Shown: positions 9,901-18,556, counted from the first letter of the stretch. The stretch is 25,043 nt of DNA from a virus (IMGVR_UViG_3300042333_000092:1-25043); one strand, 5' to 3'. Translations and numbers: made by a program. The notes: generated from the letters alone by a model not told the origin.

Positions 9901-12900
9901 GTCAGTCATAGCTTGAACGGCCTTTTCTGCCATATCTGTATAAGATGCTTCAATGTCTTGTAATCTTTGAGAAACATTTTCTGGAGTAAGTCCAGATAAG
10001 GTTTTTGTAAGAACCTGTTCTACATAGTTCCGTTCATTTTCTCCCAAACCTTCAAAAGTTTTATCTTCTCCAAAAAACTGCTTTGCTAAAGCATCTGGAT
10101 TAAAAGCTTCTGATACTCTGGATATAGTATCTTCTGAGAATCCAGCAAAAGATAGTTGATTTCCAAGAGCTTGACTCATTGCTCCTGAATCTGCTCCTAA
10201 AGAATATATCTCTCCTATGTAGTTAGCTGCATCCTCCTGTAATCCATTTAGCTCTGATAGTCTTTTAGCATATTCTTCATACTTGATGATTCCGTTTGAT
10301 CTTTCTTCCTCAAGGACTGCTTCAGCCGTTGTAAGATTCTGAATTGTTTGCAGAGCAAATCCAAGTCCTTCTGCAGCAACTGCAACCTTTTCTATTGACT
10401 CGGCTTGACCACCAACAACATCTATAGCAGTATTAAAAACGTTAATAGTTCTAAGAATGTTGCTAAAATATCCAGAGATCCCTCCGCCACTTTCTTTCGT
10501 TTCTTTTTCAATTTTCCTGTTTGTTGCGCCGAATCTGCCTCCCTCAAGATTAATCTTGGACAGGTCAACTTCTGGGGCACTTTTCATTCTGGTTTCCTCT
10601 AAATCAATAAGCGTTTTAGATCCTTGGCCAAATACTTGATTTGCAAAATCTCTTGCAATGCTAGAATTAAGAAGAGCATCTCCTGTTGCTTCTGCAATAG
10701 CCATCCCAAATGCTTTTGCCTTATCTTCTTCTAATCCACTTGCTACGGCTTGTGTAAGAAGAGTTGAAACTTTTTGATATCTTTCTTCTGATGTTGCATT
10801 ACGCAAATCTTCAATAAATTTACTCCCACCTTCAGATTCAAAATATGAACCAAATTGACCCATAGCTTCTCTATCTTCATCGCTAAATCTAAACAATCTA
10901 TCTTTAGCGTCAGGGGCTTTAAATCCAGTTGCTTCTTCGATAATCTTCATGCCATTAGCAACGCCGCCAATGTTTGCACCAAGGTTTGCTGCTTCTTTTG
11001 CTGTATCGTCTAATTGCTTTCTTAAATAAATAAATCCACCGACTAAAGCTGTGGTAGCAATAATGGCTAGCCCCATTGGATTTGTCAACATAGGAAGAAT
11101 CATTTGTAGACCCATCAGTCCCATAGTTACTGGCATGATTTTTTGTGCCATTTCTCCAACACTGCCTCCAGCAAAAGATGCTGCCATAGATAGCCCCATG
11201 AGGCCCATCATGGCGGTGTTTCCTGATCCAGCTAGCCTTTGTCCTCTATTCGTTCCAGTATTTTCGTTAAAGCCTCCCTTCAAGAATCCTTTGCCTCCTT
11301 GTACAAGTGAAGCGCCAGCAGCCCTAACGAGGCTTCCGACAGACTTAATGCTATCTGCAAGAATTACTCCAGCGCCCTTGACTGCCCCAACCATACCCTT
11401 TGCAGCATCTGTCAAGCTAGCTTTAAGTTTTGGTCCTTCAGTTTTTAAGATTCCCCCAATTCTTGTTATTTCATTTTTTGCCAATAACAACGCGGCACCA
11501 ATGTTTACCTTTACGGTATCAAAAATAAACTTTCCACCATTAGCAATGAATGTTTTTGCAGTTACGAAAGCTTTTTTAATTTCACTAGCCCCAACAACAA
11601 GAGCTGCCCTAACGTTAACAGCTATTGTGTCTTTAATAAAATTAGCACCAGTTATCAAAGAAGATCTAACATAGTTAAAGCCATCCTTAATAATTCCTGG
11701 CCCTAATGCTATTGCTGCCTTGGCATTAAAAATTATTGTATCGTATGCAAACTTTCCTGCTGCAGCAACTTGTTTTCCAGCATTAGATATTGATGCAACA
11801 AGTTTTGAGCTTGCTGCCCACACTTTGTCTGGGGTAAGTGCTTTAATAAATGTCTTGACATCTCTTGCAAGTAACGCATTGTAGGCAGTTATTCCAGTTG
11901 CTTTTGCAGACAAGGCTGCTGAGACTGCCTTATCTCTTGCTGCTCCATACATTTCTCCAGCACGTACTTTTGCTGATCCCAAAGCAGATGCAACCTTGTC
12001 TGGAGTTAAGGCTCTTAGGGCTGTCCTTGGATCTTTCATTGCAAGAGCCTGACCTGCAACTTGAATAGAGTTTGCAAGTTTTGCTCCTGCTGCAGACAAC
12101 TTTTGTCCAGCAGAAGAAAGCTTCTTGCTAACTACCTCTGCTGCTCCCTTAACCTTACTATCAATAAACTTTGCTCCATCAACAAGTTTTCCGTATGCTA
12201 CCTTTGAAGCATTAATTATTGGTTTGGTCGCTGCAGTAAATGCTTGAGCAACCTTGTCTGGGGTCATTGCCCTCATCGCTCCACGCAAGTCTCCATCCTT
12301 AAGAAGAATTTTTGCAAGCCTTGCGCTATCTGTAACACTCTTAGCTGCTTGAGTAAGTTGAGCCTTTACATTTGTTGCGGCTTTAGTTATTTGCTCTGAG
12401 ATTGTTTTTACTTGTGCTGCTGCCGCGTCTGGAACATAAGACCTTGCAGCCCCTCTCATAGATCCTTCTCTTAGTGAGGATGCTGCTTGGGCATTGCTTG
12501 CAGAAAATCTTTCTCTCATCTTTGCAAACTTTTCTGATATTCCTCTTAAAGACTCTTTTCCTCTATTTATTGCATCTTGACCACGATAAAATGCTTGGTT
12601 TTTTGCTCTCATTAGATTCTGTGGAAGATTAGTTTTAAAATCATTAAACCTTCTTTGTAAATCTGCTGCTTTATTTTTCATTGTTTCTGGAAGTTTTTTA
12701 ATTGAATCAAGGGCAATTATTGTTCTTATTGCGGCATTTTCATAAGCACTCTTTACTTTTGCTGGTAATGATTTAATTGAGTCCATAGCAACAGAAGTTC
12801 TAAGTGCCGCCATCTCAAAAGCACTTTTTACTTTTGTAGTAAAAGCACTTACGGCACCCTTTAAGATTACTGGTATCTTTTTTATATCGTTTACAAAAAG

Positions 12901-15900
12901 TGCTGCAGCCAATTTAACATTTCCAACTACCGTATCTCTTAGAAACTTAAATGCATCTACGATTGGCTTTACGTATGGTCCAGAAATTTGCCTAAGAATT
13001 CCTCCAAGAATTTGCATAGGCTCTTTAAGATTTCTTAAAAGTTCTTTTCCAAGCTGAGGCAATATTCTAAAGATGTTTCCCATTTCTTTAAATATTCCTC
13101 TAGTGTCTTGTTTGAGAGTGTTGCCGCTTGTTTTTATTTCTGCCCTTGCGCCAATAATTTGATCTTTTATCATTTTTGCTTGTTTTGCTGCAGCAGACTG
13201 TGGCCTTGGTTCTTCTGCAGGCATTGTCTTTCCTCCACCAATTGGGGGTAACGGTGGAAGGGCTCCACCAGAAAGAATTGCTGCCTTTACTGATGCTGCA
13301 AAAGAGTTTCCAACTACCTTTCCTGCTGCTGATGCCCTGGTAGTATTTTTCTTAGTACCAGTTTCAATACCGTCTACATACTGCTTCATTGTATTTTCAG
13401 CAACCTTAGAAGGACTAGATATACCAAGTGCCGAATCCCCTCCAGCTCTTAGAGCAGATGCAGTTGCTGCTGCTCCAGATCTCACTGCAGCAATAACTTT
13501 CGGAGCAGTTGTAGATGCACCTGGTCTTGAAGCCATTTGATCTGCTGCACTAAGGGGAATTGCTTTTGGAGAAGATAGGTGACCAAAGTGCATTGGACCA
13601 GAAATGCCTGCTTTTTGACCAGCCCACTCTGAGAGACCTCTCCCAAATCCTTTATATCCAATCCCAAGCCTGTCTCTTGTAGTTGGATTTTCCATAGAAC
13701 GTAAGGACCTTACTCCCATTAGGGAGGCTCTTCCTAGTGGGTCTGCGTGACCAGCCCCCGTTCTATTTAGTGTTGTTATTGGTGCAGTGTATCCAGGTGC
13801 CCCCATAAACTGCATTGCGGAAGTTCTTAGTGGCCCACTCAAGACTCTTCGTCCTGTAGCAGTCTCTTGTGCCTTTATTGCAGCTGCAGTTGTTTTTGCT
13901 GCTCTTAATCTGGCCTGCTCTAATTGTTGTTCGTTTAAGGTTGCTTTTCCAGTTGCCTTAATTGTTTGGTCAACTTCTGCTTGAAAATTATTATAAAATT
14001 GATTCATTACTGGGGTCAGTCTTTTGTATGCGGCCTCTGCAACAGCAACTTCTTGAGCTGTTTTTTTAGCAAACCCTCTTGCAAATCCCGCAGCTAATCC
14101 AGATCCCAATTGTTCTGCGGATGGGGCCGAGGTTGCTAATTTTGAAAGATTGGCGGAGGCGGTCATAGGAACTACTTGGTTTGTATATCCAGTAATGCCA
14201 CTATTAAACCCTGGTAAAGTTCCTGCATTCATTGCAGCAATAATTGAGGAATATTTTTGTGTTGCTTCTTTTGTTACAACAGACTCTCCTGGAGTAAGAA
14301 GTGCTGGTATGGTGTCTTCATTACCCATTCCAGGAACTTTTGTAACTCCCTTGCTGTATCCGCGAGCAACGACTCCCCTAGTCTGTGGACCAGTTACTAT
14401 AGATCTACCAGCTTTACCCCTAGGACTAGCTGCACCCATCATCATGGGGGCTGACATAACTGTTGCACTTAAAGCTTTTGAATAATTACCAAGCATTCCA
14501 ACAAGGCTATCTAATGCTTTTCTTTGACCCAGGAATTTTCCTGTAAGATTATCAGTTGACCTGCTTAGTGCATCTGCTGCCCCTCTTGCTTCATGCTCTT
14601 CTGCTGTCAAGTGCTGGAATGCACTAGAGTCTCCTTTTAGTCGAGCAAAAAACTTTCTTGTAGTTTGAGTTAATTTCACTATATTTGCAATACCATTTGC
14701 AAGCAAACCTATTGTCATAAGGATAATAGGACCTATTCCTGCAACGACCGCAATACCTATGGTTATAGCTTTTTTAATTCCATCTGGTAAGTCATTAAAA
14801 GCATTTGCTATTTTTGCAACAAAATCAATTACTGGCATTATTGCCTTCATAAATGTTTCGCCAATTGGAGCAATGGATACCTTTAGTCTTTCCATTGCTG
14901 CTGCAAATTTGGTGCTGGTAGCTTCTTCAATCTTAGAAAGTTCTTTTTCTGAAACAGAGGCCAAATCTTCTACAGACATGCTGGTTAGTTCAAGAGTTCT
15001 TTTTGCCTGACTACCATCTCTAACTAGGTTCTTGAATAATGCCCCCAACCTTGCATACTGATAAGTTCCAAAAACCTTTTGCAAAACTTGTTGTTGTTCA
15101 AAGTCTCCAAGTGTGGCAAGAGCAGTTCCAAAATCATCAAGGGTAGCCATAAGGTCTCCCTTATTTTTTTGAGTAATAGCATCAATGCTTATTCCATACT
15201 TACCCATTTCTTCTCTAGCTGCCTTAGTTGGATTAATTAATCTTCCAAGACCTGACTTAATGGCGTTTGCTCCTTGTTCTGCAGTAACGCCTCCCTCTCT
15301 CATAGCAGTCATCATTACAGCAAGATCTTTTATATCTCCACCAAGTCCCTTGACAACAGGGGCCACTCTAGGAATAGCGGCAGCCATATCTTGCATAGTA
15401 AGGATTGTTTCGTTTTCTGTGACGTTAAGAAAATCAATTGTAGATGTTAAATCTTCATTGGAAACACCAAATGCGGTTTGTAGAGCAATGGTTGCGCCAA
15501 GTGCTTCATCATATTCCATCAACCCAAGGGTTGCCAATCTTATAGTTTGTTCCGTAGCCGCACTTAGGCTTTCTCCCTGTGCTCCAGTAGCAGCTACCTT
15601 TGCTGCAAGCTCTATCGTGCTAGAAAGACTTTTACCATACTTTGTATATTCCATACCAAGATCTTTTACTGCCTCAAGATTTCTTTCCATTTCAGCAGTT
15701 GTAGTTGACAGATTTCCATAAACTCTTTTAAAAGAAATTGATGATTGATCTATCTCTTTAAATGTTTTTGCTGCAACAGTACCCAGCATTGCTAAGGGTA
15801 GAGTGAATCCCACCATAAGCTGACGACCAGCCCACTGAGTATTTTTACCCCAGTTAAGAAGCTTTGTTGATCCTAAATCAATCATTCTATTCATTAATAC

Positions 15901-16392
15901 TTGTCTTTGTGTTGCCATTGCAGAAGCTGAGGCCATATTGTTTAAGTGATTTGGAGTAAGGGCCATAGCTTGAGAAGCACCCGTGGCTGTTTTTCCTAGA
16001 GCAACATACTGAGTTTGCATTCTTCGAACATTTTGTTCGGCAACGCGAGACATCATATCGAATTCTCGTTTAAATACTCTACTCATTCCTGGAAGCTGAG
16101 ATGCAGCGTATCTGGAATATTGACCAAGAGATAGCCTTCCTTTGTCTATTGACTCAGAGAATCTATCTGTCGCAGTAGTCATTGGAATTATTTGAGCATT
16201 CCACATCCTACTTGCATTAGCACTATTCATAAGTGCTTTATTCAATGCTGATTGTTGTGCTAAGGCTCCGGCACTTGATGCTGCCATACCTTGGTTTGTT
16301 GCAGCCACTTGAGCTTGCAATGATTTTAATTGAGCAAGCGCCTGCGACGTATTAACAATTACATTAATATTAGCATTTGCTGAAGTCGCCAT
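6973..16392 (-). CDS. Tape measure protein, unusually long (3139 aa)
   Basis: Follows the chaperone genes; SD AGGTGA at 16408-16403. TP901-like core in the first ~500 aa ('GVTAEQGANAIKSGLGRL'), hydrophobic segments, Ala/Lys-rich amphipathic repeats, late coiled coil, and terminal 'DSVSAMLTPGEFV...YNNYSVSVNVSG'. Confidence 0.93.
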   Translation of the reverse strand: MATSANANINVIVNTSQALAQLKSLQAQVAATNQGMAASSAGALAQQSALNKALMNSANASRMWNAQIIPMTTATDRFSESIDKGRLSLGQYSRYAASQLPGMSRVFKREFDMMSRVAEQNVRRMQTQYVALGKTATGASQAMALTPNHLNNMASASAMATQRQVLMNRMIDLGSTKLLNWGKNTQWAGRQLMVGFTLPLAMLGTVAAKTFKEIDQSSISFKRVYGNLSTTTAEMERNLEAVKDLGMEYTKYGKSLSSTIELAAKVAATGAQGESLSAATEQTIRLATLGLMEYDEALGATIALQTAFGVSNEDLTSTIDFLNVTENETILTMQDMAAAIPRVAPVVKGLGGDIKDLAVMMTAMREGGVTAEQGANAIKSGLGRLINPTKAAREEMGKYGISIDAITQKNKGDLMATLDDFGTALATLGDFEQQQVLQKVFGTYQYARLGALFKNLVRDGSQAKRTLELTSMSVEDLASVSEKELSKIEEATSTKFAAAMERLKVSIAPIGETFMKAIMPVIDFVAKIANAFNDLPDGIKKAITIGIAVVAGIGPIILMTIGLLANGIANIVKLTQTTRKFFARLKGDSSAFQHLTAEEHEARGAADALSRSTDNLTGKFLGQRKALDSLVGMLGNYSKALSATVMSAPMMMGAASPRGKAGRSIVTGPQTRGVVARGYSKGVTKVPGMGNEDTIPALLTPGESVVTKEATQKYSSIIAAMNAGTLPGFNSGITGYTNQVVPMTASANLSKLATSAPSAEQLGSGLAAGFARGFAKKTAQEVAVAEAAYKRLTPVMNQFYNNFQAEVDQTIKATGKATLNEQQLEQARLRAAKTTAAAIKAQETATGRRVLSGPLRTSAMQFMGAPGYTAPITTLNRTGAGHADPLGRASLMGVRSLRSMENPTTRDRLGIGYKGFGRGLSEWAGQKAGISGPMHFGHLSSPKAIPLSAADQMASRPGASTTAPKVIAAVRSGAAATASALRAGGDSALGISSPSKVAENTMKQYVDGIETGTKKNTTRASAAGKVVGNSFAASVKAAILSGGALPPLPPIGGGKTMPAEEPRPQSAAAKQAKMIKDQIIGARAEIKTSGNTLKQDTRGIFKEMGNIFRILPQLGKELLRNLKEPMQILGGILRQISGPYVKPIVDAFKFLRDTVVGNVKLAAALFVNDIKKIPVILKGAVSAFTTKVKSAFEMAALRTSVAMDSIKSLPAKVKSAYENAAIRTIIALDSIKKLPETMKNKAADLQRRFNDFKTNLPQNLMRAKNQAFYRGQDAINRGKESLRGISEKFAKMRERFSASNAQAASSLREGSMRGAARSYVPDAAAAQVKTISEQITKAATNVKAQLTQAAKSVTDSARLAKILLKDGDLRGAMRAMTPDKVAQAFTAATKPIINASKVAYGKLVDGAKFIDSKVKGAAEVVSKKLSSAGQKLSAAGAKLANSIQVAGQALAMKDPRTALRALTPDKVASALGSAKVRAGEMYGAARDKAVSAALSAKATGITAYNALLARDVKTFIKALTPDKVWAASSKLVASISNAGKQVAAAGKFAYDTIIFNAKAAIALGPGIIKDGFNYVRSSLITGANFIKDTIAVNVRAALVVGASEIKKAFVTAKTFIANGGKFIFDTVKVNIGAALLLAKNEITRIGGILKTEGPKLKASLTDAAKGMVGAVKGAGVILADSIKSVGSLVRAAGASLVQGGKGFLKGGFNENTGTNRGQRLAGSGNTAMMGLMGLSMAASFAGGSVGEMAQKIMPVTMGLMGLQMILPMLTNPMGLAIIATTALVGGFIYLRKQLDDTAKEAANLGANIGGVANGMKIIEEATGFKAPDAKDRLFRFSDEDREAMGQFGSYFESEGGSKFIEDLRNATSEERYQKVSTLLTQAVASGLEEDKAKAFGMAIAEATGDALLNSSIARDFANQVFGQGSKTLIDLEETRMKSAPEVDLSKINLEGGRFGATNRKIEKETKESGGGISGYFSNILRTINVFNTAIDVVGGQAESIEKVAVAAEGLGFALQTIQNLTTAEAVLEEERSNGIIKYEEYAKRLSELNGLQEDAANYIGEIYSLGADSGAMSQALGNQLSFAGFSEDTISRVSEAFNPDALAKQFFGEDKTFEGLGENERNYVEQVLTKTLSGLTPENVSQRLQDIEASYTDMAEKAVQAMTDGTMDALGGLDFFFNKENISDYISSRMGGGIAGVGGLGGTSPEKLASNLLKQDTELKKMGTDSLQVFTRLGEFIDVDFGKKILSSKEDILKFGDIVAKLGKYKDINLEIVMKNKNLTPELIISSIEKINKIKLDPDIFGRVPLDGEKLVTTLVKAGVEIDDLPEKISKGAKKLEEFGKEAVDSLGDLKPKIVPKIIASVFGKSASTSEGIANALNSAFPDGLKPIDIMVLLSLKGDDLAIALLSNPLAMKAAKAGEKTFTQSVVVDGEVINRTQVVPQSLLSVAPFLSGGTAATEDTTDDTEDTGGGGAAEKQKSALQEMISALNASLKLYGTAKTLTKKILKSKKDFNNFLKELSFDGGVSDQLREMNLSESLIADLLSLGGKNAKRIMKALGGRSGLTRLDKASTVSKAGQRVDEATSRQEREGYKATARTRLEKDGSFTKEEIDKILESEEDVEIIAKFPIKKNKDKWNELKSALQSDAKIELTVELKPDLEKFDEAKQIIEEAYDELERKKVNELADKFKEANGATVEEMERQVVLNQRIITQEQDKIDKKQEEISDYQRTNDLIQQGMDDVKRQDELRNRVSEGISKDLESMSKQEDEIRKAHDKRIEALDKVAAINDYIVNQQKQQLGLSQALSSGDIYAATAAAQEMRATSTQFAAEQARQGLQEGMENQVAGLRTSGGLTREQAEQQIADIKEQSYQTSLLLRIEEDKIYANNLLVRDLTNQIYIINEDMIEPLNNKNLALQRTLDYHRENEAYAIRELALAGVTRAEWERKAGEIEASITPAKNLDIALAGVAGSYLAVYEAALKALSVTGMTTPNIGTLPAEAADDSSWEFIGGRPVFANSGGMIKKYSGGGSILGQGSRDSVSAMLTPGEFVIKKSMVDKYGIPMLSKINQGSFFMPKFNTSADPETKVSGSAQSGANIVAPMYNNYSVSVNVSGSNASADEIANKTIMKIKQMQGTQIRSGRGY

Positions 16393-16414
16393 TTTTAAAT
16401 ATTCACCTTATTAA

Positions 16415-16423
16415 ATTATACCA
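16415..16423 (-). promoter_or_regulatory. Extended -10 promoter TGGTATAAT upstream of the tape measure gene
   Basis: Perfect TGnTATAAT in a 60-bp intergenic gap, followed by an SD and ATG. Confidence 0.7.
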
Positions 16424-16452
16424 TTAGGCACATCTTTTTTCATATAGTTTTC

Positions 16453-17162
16453 TTATGAAAATGGGTTTTTCGGATTGTTGTCTTTTCCTTTTCCTGCAGA
16501 GTATTCTAACCCTTTTCCAATTCCAAAACCAGCTTTTGATGCATTATGTCCTTGCAAAGAAGTTATGTCACTAGAATCTTTAGAATTCCCCCCGCTAAAA
16601 ACTCTTGATTTCATATCTTCCCATTCTTTTTGACCACGATCTTTTCCATTTTCACCATCAAGATCTACTCCTTGTATTGCTGCAAAAAACTTCTTTTCTT
16701 GATAGTCGTCATCTCTTTTTGCTGTTAATATTGCAGTGAGTTCTGGCATGGAAAGATTACTTTCTAATTCTTCATAATCTTTCCAAATACCCAAAAGGAA
16801 TACTTCAGATTCTAGTTTTGCGAGGTCTAACTCTTTCCAAGAGTCGCCGTCGTCAGAACGTTTCCCTCTGCATCCAGTTTAATTCCTGCTGCTGCTTCGA
16901 TTACCTTATACACACTGGGAAGGTCAATATTATCTTCTAGTTCTTCACGATTTTCAGCATACTTTTCATTATATTGCTTCATAGCAATCTGTACGCAATC
17001 CATCAAGAGATCCATAGACTGATCGTTGCTTTCTGCAACATCTGTAATTCCCTCAAACTTTTTCATAAATTCTCTTAGAAGTGAAATCTTTAGTGGACGC
17101 ATCTTTACTTTAGTTCCATCCATCATTTCGATTTCTGATGAGTCATAAACTGTTGTTGCCAT
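16453..17162 (-). CDS. Tail assembly chaperone, long form (gpGT-like, about 236 aa) made by -1 ribosomal frameshift
   Basis: Slippery heptamer G GGA AAC at 16866-16860 in the chaperone frame. The -1 frame is open (RSDDGDSWKELDLAKLESEVFLLGIWKDY...) and is the frame of the 16453..16794 ORF. Confidence 0.88.
16827..17162 (-). CDS. Tail assembly chaperone, short form (gpG-like)
   Basis: 111-aa acidic, helical-looking protein between the major tail and tape measure genes; purine-rich GAAGGGA upstream of ATG. Confidence 0.88.
   Translation of the reverse strand: MATTVYDSSEIEMMDGTKVKMRPLKISLLREFMKKFEGITDVAESNDQSMDLLMDCVQIAMKQYNEKYAENREELEDNIDLPSVYKVIEAAAGIKLDAEGNVLTTATLGKS
16860..16866 (-). promoter_or_regulatory. 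Programmed -1 frameshift site GGGAAAC
   Basis: Canonical X XXY YYZ phase (codons 100-101 are GGA AAC), ten codons before the TAG. Confidence 0.88.
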
Positions 17163-17195
17163 TTTGCACGTTCCCTTCGGTTAGTTTGTGAGAAT

Positions 17196-17204
17196 ATTAT
17201 ATCA
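17196..17204 (-). promoter_or_regulatory. Extended -10 promoter TGATATAAT upstream of the chaperone gene
   Basis: Perfect TGnTATAAT, intergenic, directly downstream of a hairpin. Confidence 0.7.
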
Positions 17205-17205
17205 T

Positions 17206-17244
17206 GACTAGACCCCCCGTGCAATGCACTGGGGGGCCATAGCC
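17206..17244 (-). terminator. GC-rich hairpin after the major tail gene (terminator or mRNA stabiliser)
   Basis: GGCCCCCC-A-GTGC-ATT-GCAC-GGGGGGTC, extendable by GGCTA/TAGTC. No poly-U tail. Confidence 0.65.
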
Positions 17245-17262
17245 TATTCAATTATTTTTTTA

Positions 17263-17943
17263 TCAGGTTGTGCTATTGATAGTTCTATCAACAATTTTTC
17301 CATATGATCCATTGTTTGCAGGAAGCAAACGGAATGAAACTTCGAACATCGAAGCCTCGTCACGCTTGGCTGATACCGTTACGTTGTCAATTGACAAAGC
17401 ACGGTAAGCAACATAAATGCGCTCAATGTAAGCATCTGGATCGCAATCGCCAGTTCCTGGACCAACTGCAACAAGACCTCTTTCTACTGGACATTCTCCA
17501 ATAGCACCAGAAGTTAGCTCAAGGCTTGAAGCCTGAGAAATTGTTCCTGTGTCCATTGGTGTATCCAATGTGACGCTGCCATTGTAGTCTGTACTTGGTG
17601 CTGCAATTGCAACAAGAAGGTTTTCGAGTGTTGCTTCAGCAAATGCTGTTGCAAGATTCACCTGCATACCTTGCTTGTAAAGCTTTGCAACGTCAAGAAG
17701 TTGATCTACCTGAACCTCACCAAAATCTGGTTGGAATTGTAGTTCAAGACCGTTTGTGGTGTAACCAATGTTACGAACAAGAGCCTGACCCTCAGCTGAA
17801 TCGGTAAGGGTATCTAGATAAGAATCGTCCTCAACAAAGTCTGGGAAGACTACTGTATCTGGATCGAATTCTCCTGCCGTTGAAACGAACATGGCTGCGG
17901 CACCAACAATAATGTTTTTTGAATCTCCGCGTGTATATGCCAT
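17263..17943 (-). CDS. Major tail tube protein
   Basis: 226 aa; 'NIIVGAA', 'IGYTTNGLELQFQP...VQVDQ', 'AEATLENL', 'FEVSFRLLP' fit siphophage tube proteins. SD GAGAGGT; synteny. Confidence 0.88.
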   Translation of the reverse strand: MAYTRGDSKNIIVGAAAMFVSTAGEFDPDTVVFPDFVEDDSYLDTLTDSAEGQALVRNIGYTTNGLELQFQPDFGEVQVDQLLDVAKLYKQGMQVNLATAFAEATLENLLVAIAAPSTDYNGSVTLDTPMDTGTISQASSLELTSGAIGECPVERGLVAVGPGTGDCDPDAYIERIYVAYRALSIDNVTVSAKRDEASMFEVSFRLLPANNGSYGKIVDRTINSTT

Positions 17944-18006
17944 AATTTTTTACCTCTCTTTCCATATATTATTTTTTTATATATGGGTGGTGTTTCCTCA
18001 ATATAG

Positions 18007-18012
18007 ATTATA
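18007..18012 (-). promoter_or_regulatory. -10 hexamer TATAAT upstream of the major tail gene
   Basis: TGCTGTATAAT in the intergenic gap; the TG is not at the canonical extended position. Predicts a start near 18000. Confidence 0.5.
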
Positions 18013-18022
18013 CAGCATTTTT

Positions 18023-18556
18023 TTACAGATAATCTTCCAGGGAGTTAGTATAGTGATATTCCATATCAATTATAAACTCAGAAACATAATAAGGTCTTAT
18101 GCTAAAATCTCTTAAATTTTCTGTTTCTGTTGCCAAAGATGATGCAACTTGATAAACTCTAAGCTTGTGAAAGAATATGGGATGTATATCCTTGCCGCCA
18201 TGGTCTCTTATCCACTTGTTTATATCTTTTCCTGCATCATCTGATCTGTCCAGGATAGTCTGAATTGCAGATCCCCAGATAAAAGTATCTCTTTCTTTTG
18301 CTTTTAGGTTATACCTGATTTCTTCACATTTTATAGGATAAAAAGAATCCTTCATTTTGGTAAACATCCTGTCATAAATAATATAACTTTTGTTTTCCCA
18401 GCTTTTCTTTCCTGAAGATGCATCTCCCAATGGGAAAATTGGTATTGTTTGTCCATAGTTCTTGCTTTCAGACAAGGATGGCTGAATAGCTTTCATAGTA
18501 TCCCAAAGATACTTATTAACAATTGCTGGAGCTACCACCAAATCTTCAAGACTCAT
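18023..18556 (-). CDS. Tail terminator / tail completion protein
   Basis: 177 aa, immediately before the major tail gene; ATGA overlap with the upstream gene; 'YIIYDR' and terminal beta strand pattern. Function mainly from synteny. Confidence 0.6.
   Translation of the reverse strand: MSLEDLVVAPAIVNKYLWDTMKAIQPSLSESKNYGQTIPIFPLGDASSGKKSWENKSYIIYDRMFTKMKDSFYPIKCEEIRYNLKAKERDTFIWGSAIQTILDRSDDAGKDINKWIRDHGGKDIHPIFFHKLRVYQVASSLATETENLRDFSIRPYYVSEFIIDMEYHYTNSLEDYL

Noticed and set aside
13575-14190. 'YTNQVVPMTASAN' and 'HFGHL' resembling parts of a His-Me nuclease motif within the tape measure
   Set aside because: Wrong order and about 190 aa apart; cannot support a nuclease or toxin cargo without a profile search.
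7208-15721. Plus-strand ORFs up to 223 aa opposite the tape measure gene (also 22626..23093 and others)
   Set aside because: Antisense shadows of biased codon usage; Ser/Phe/Leu-rich, with no recognisable motifs.
16453-16794. Stand-alone 113-aa gene starting at TTG 16794
   Set aside because: No SD; the frame extends upstream to the slippery site, so it is better read as the frameshift extension.
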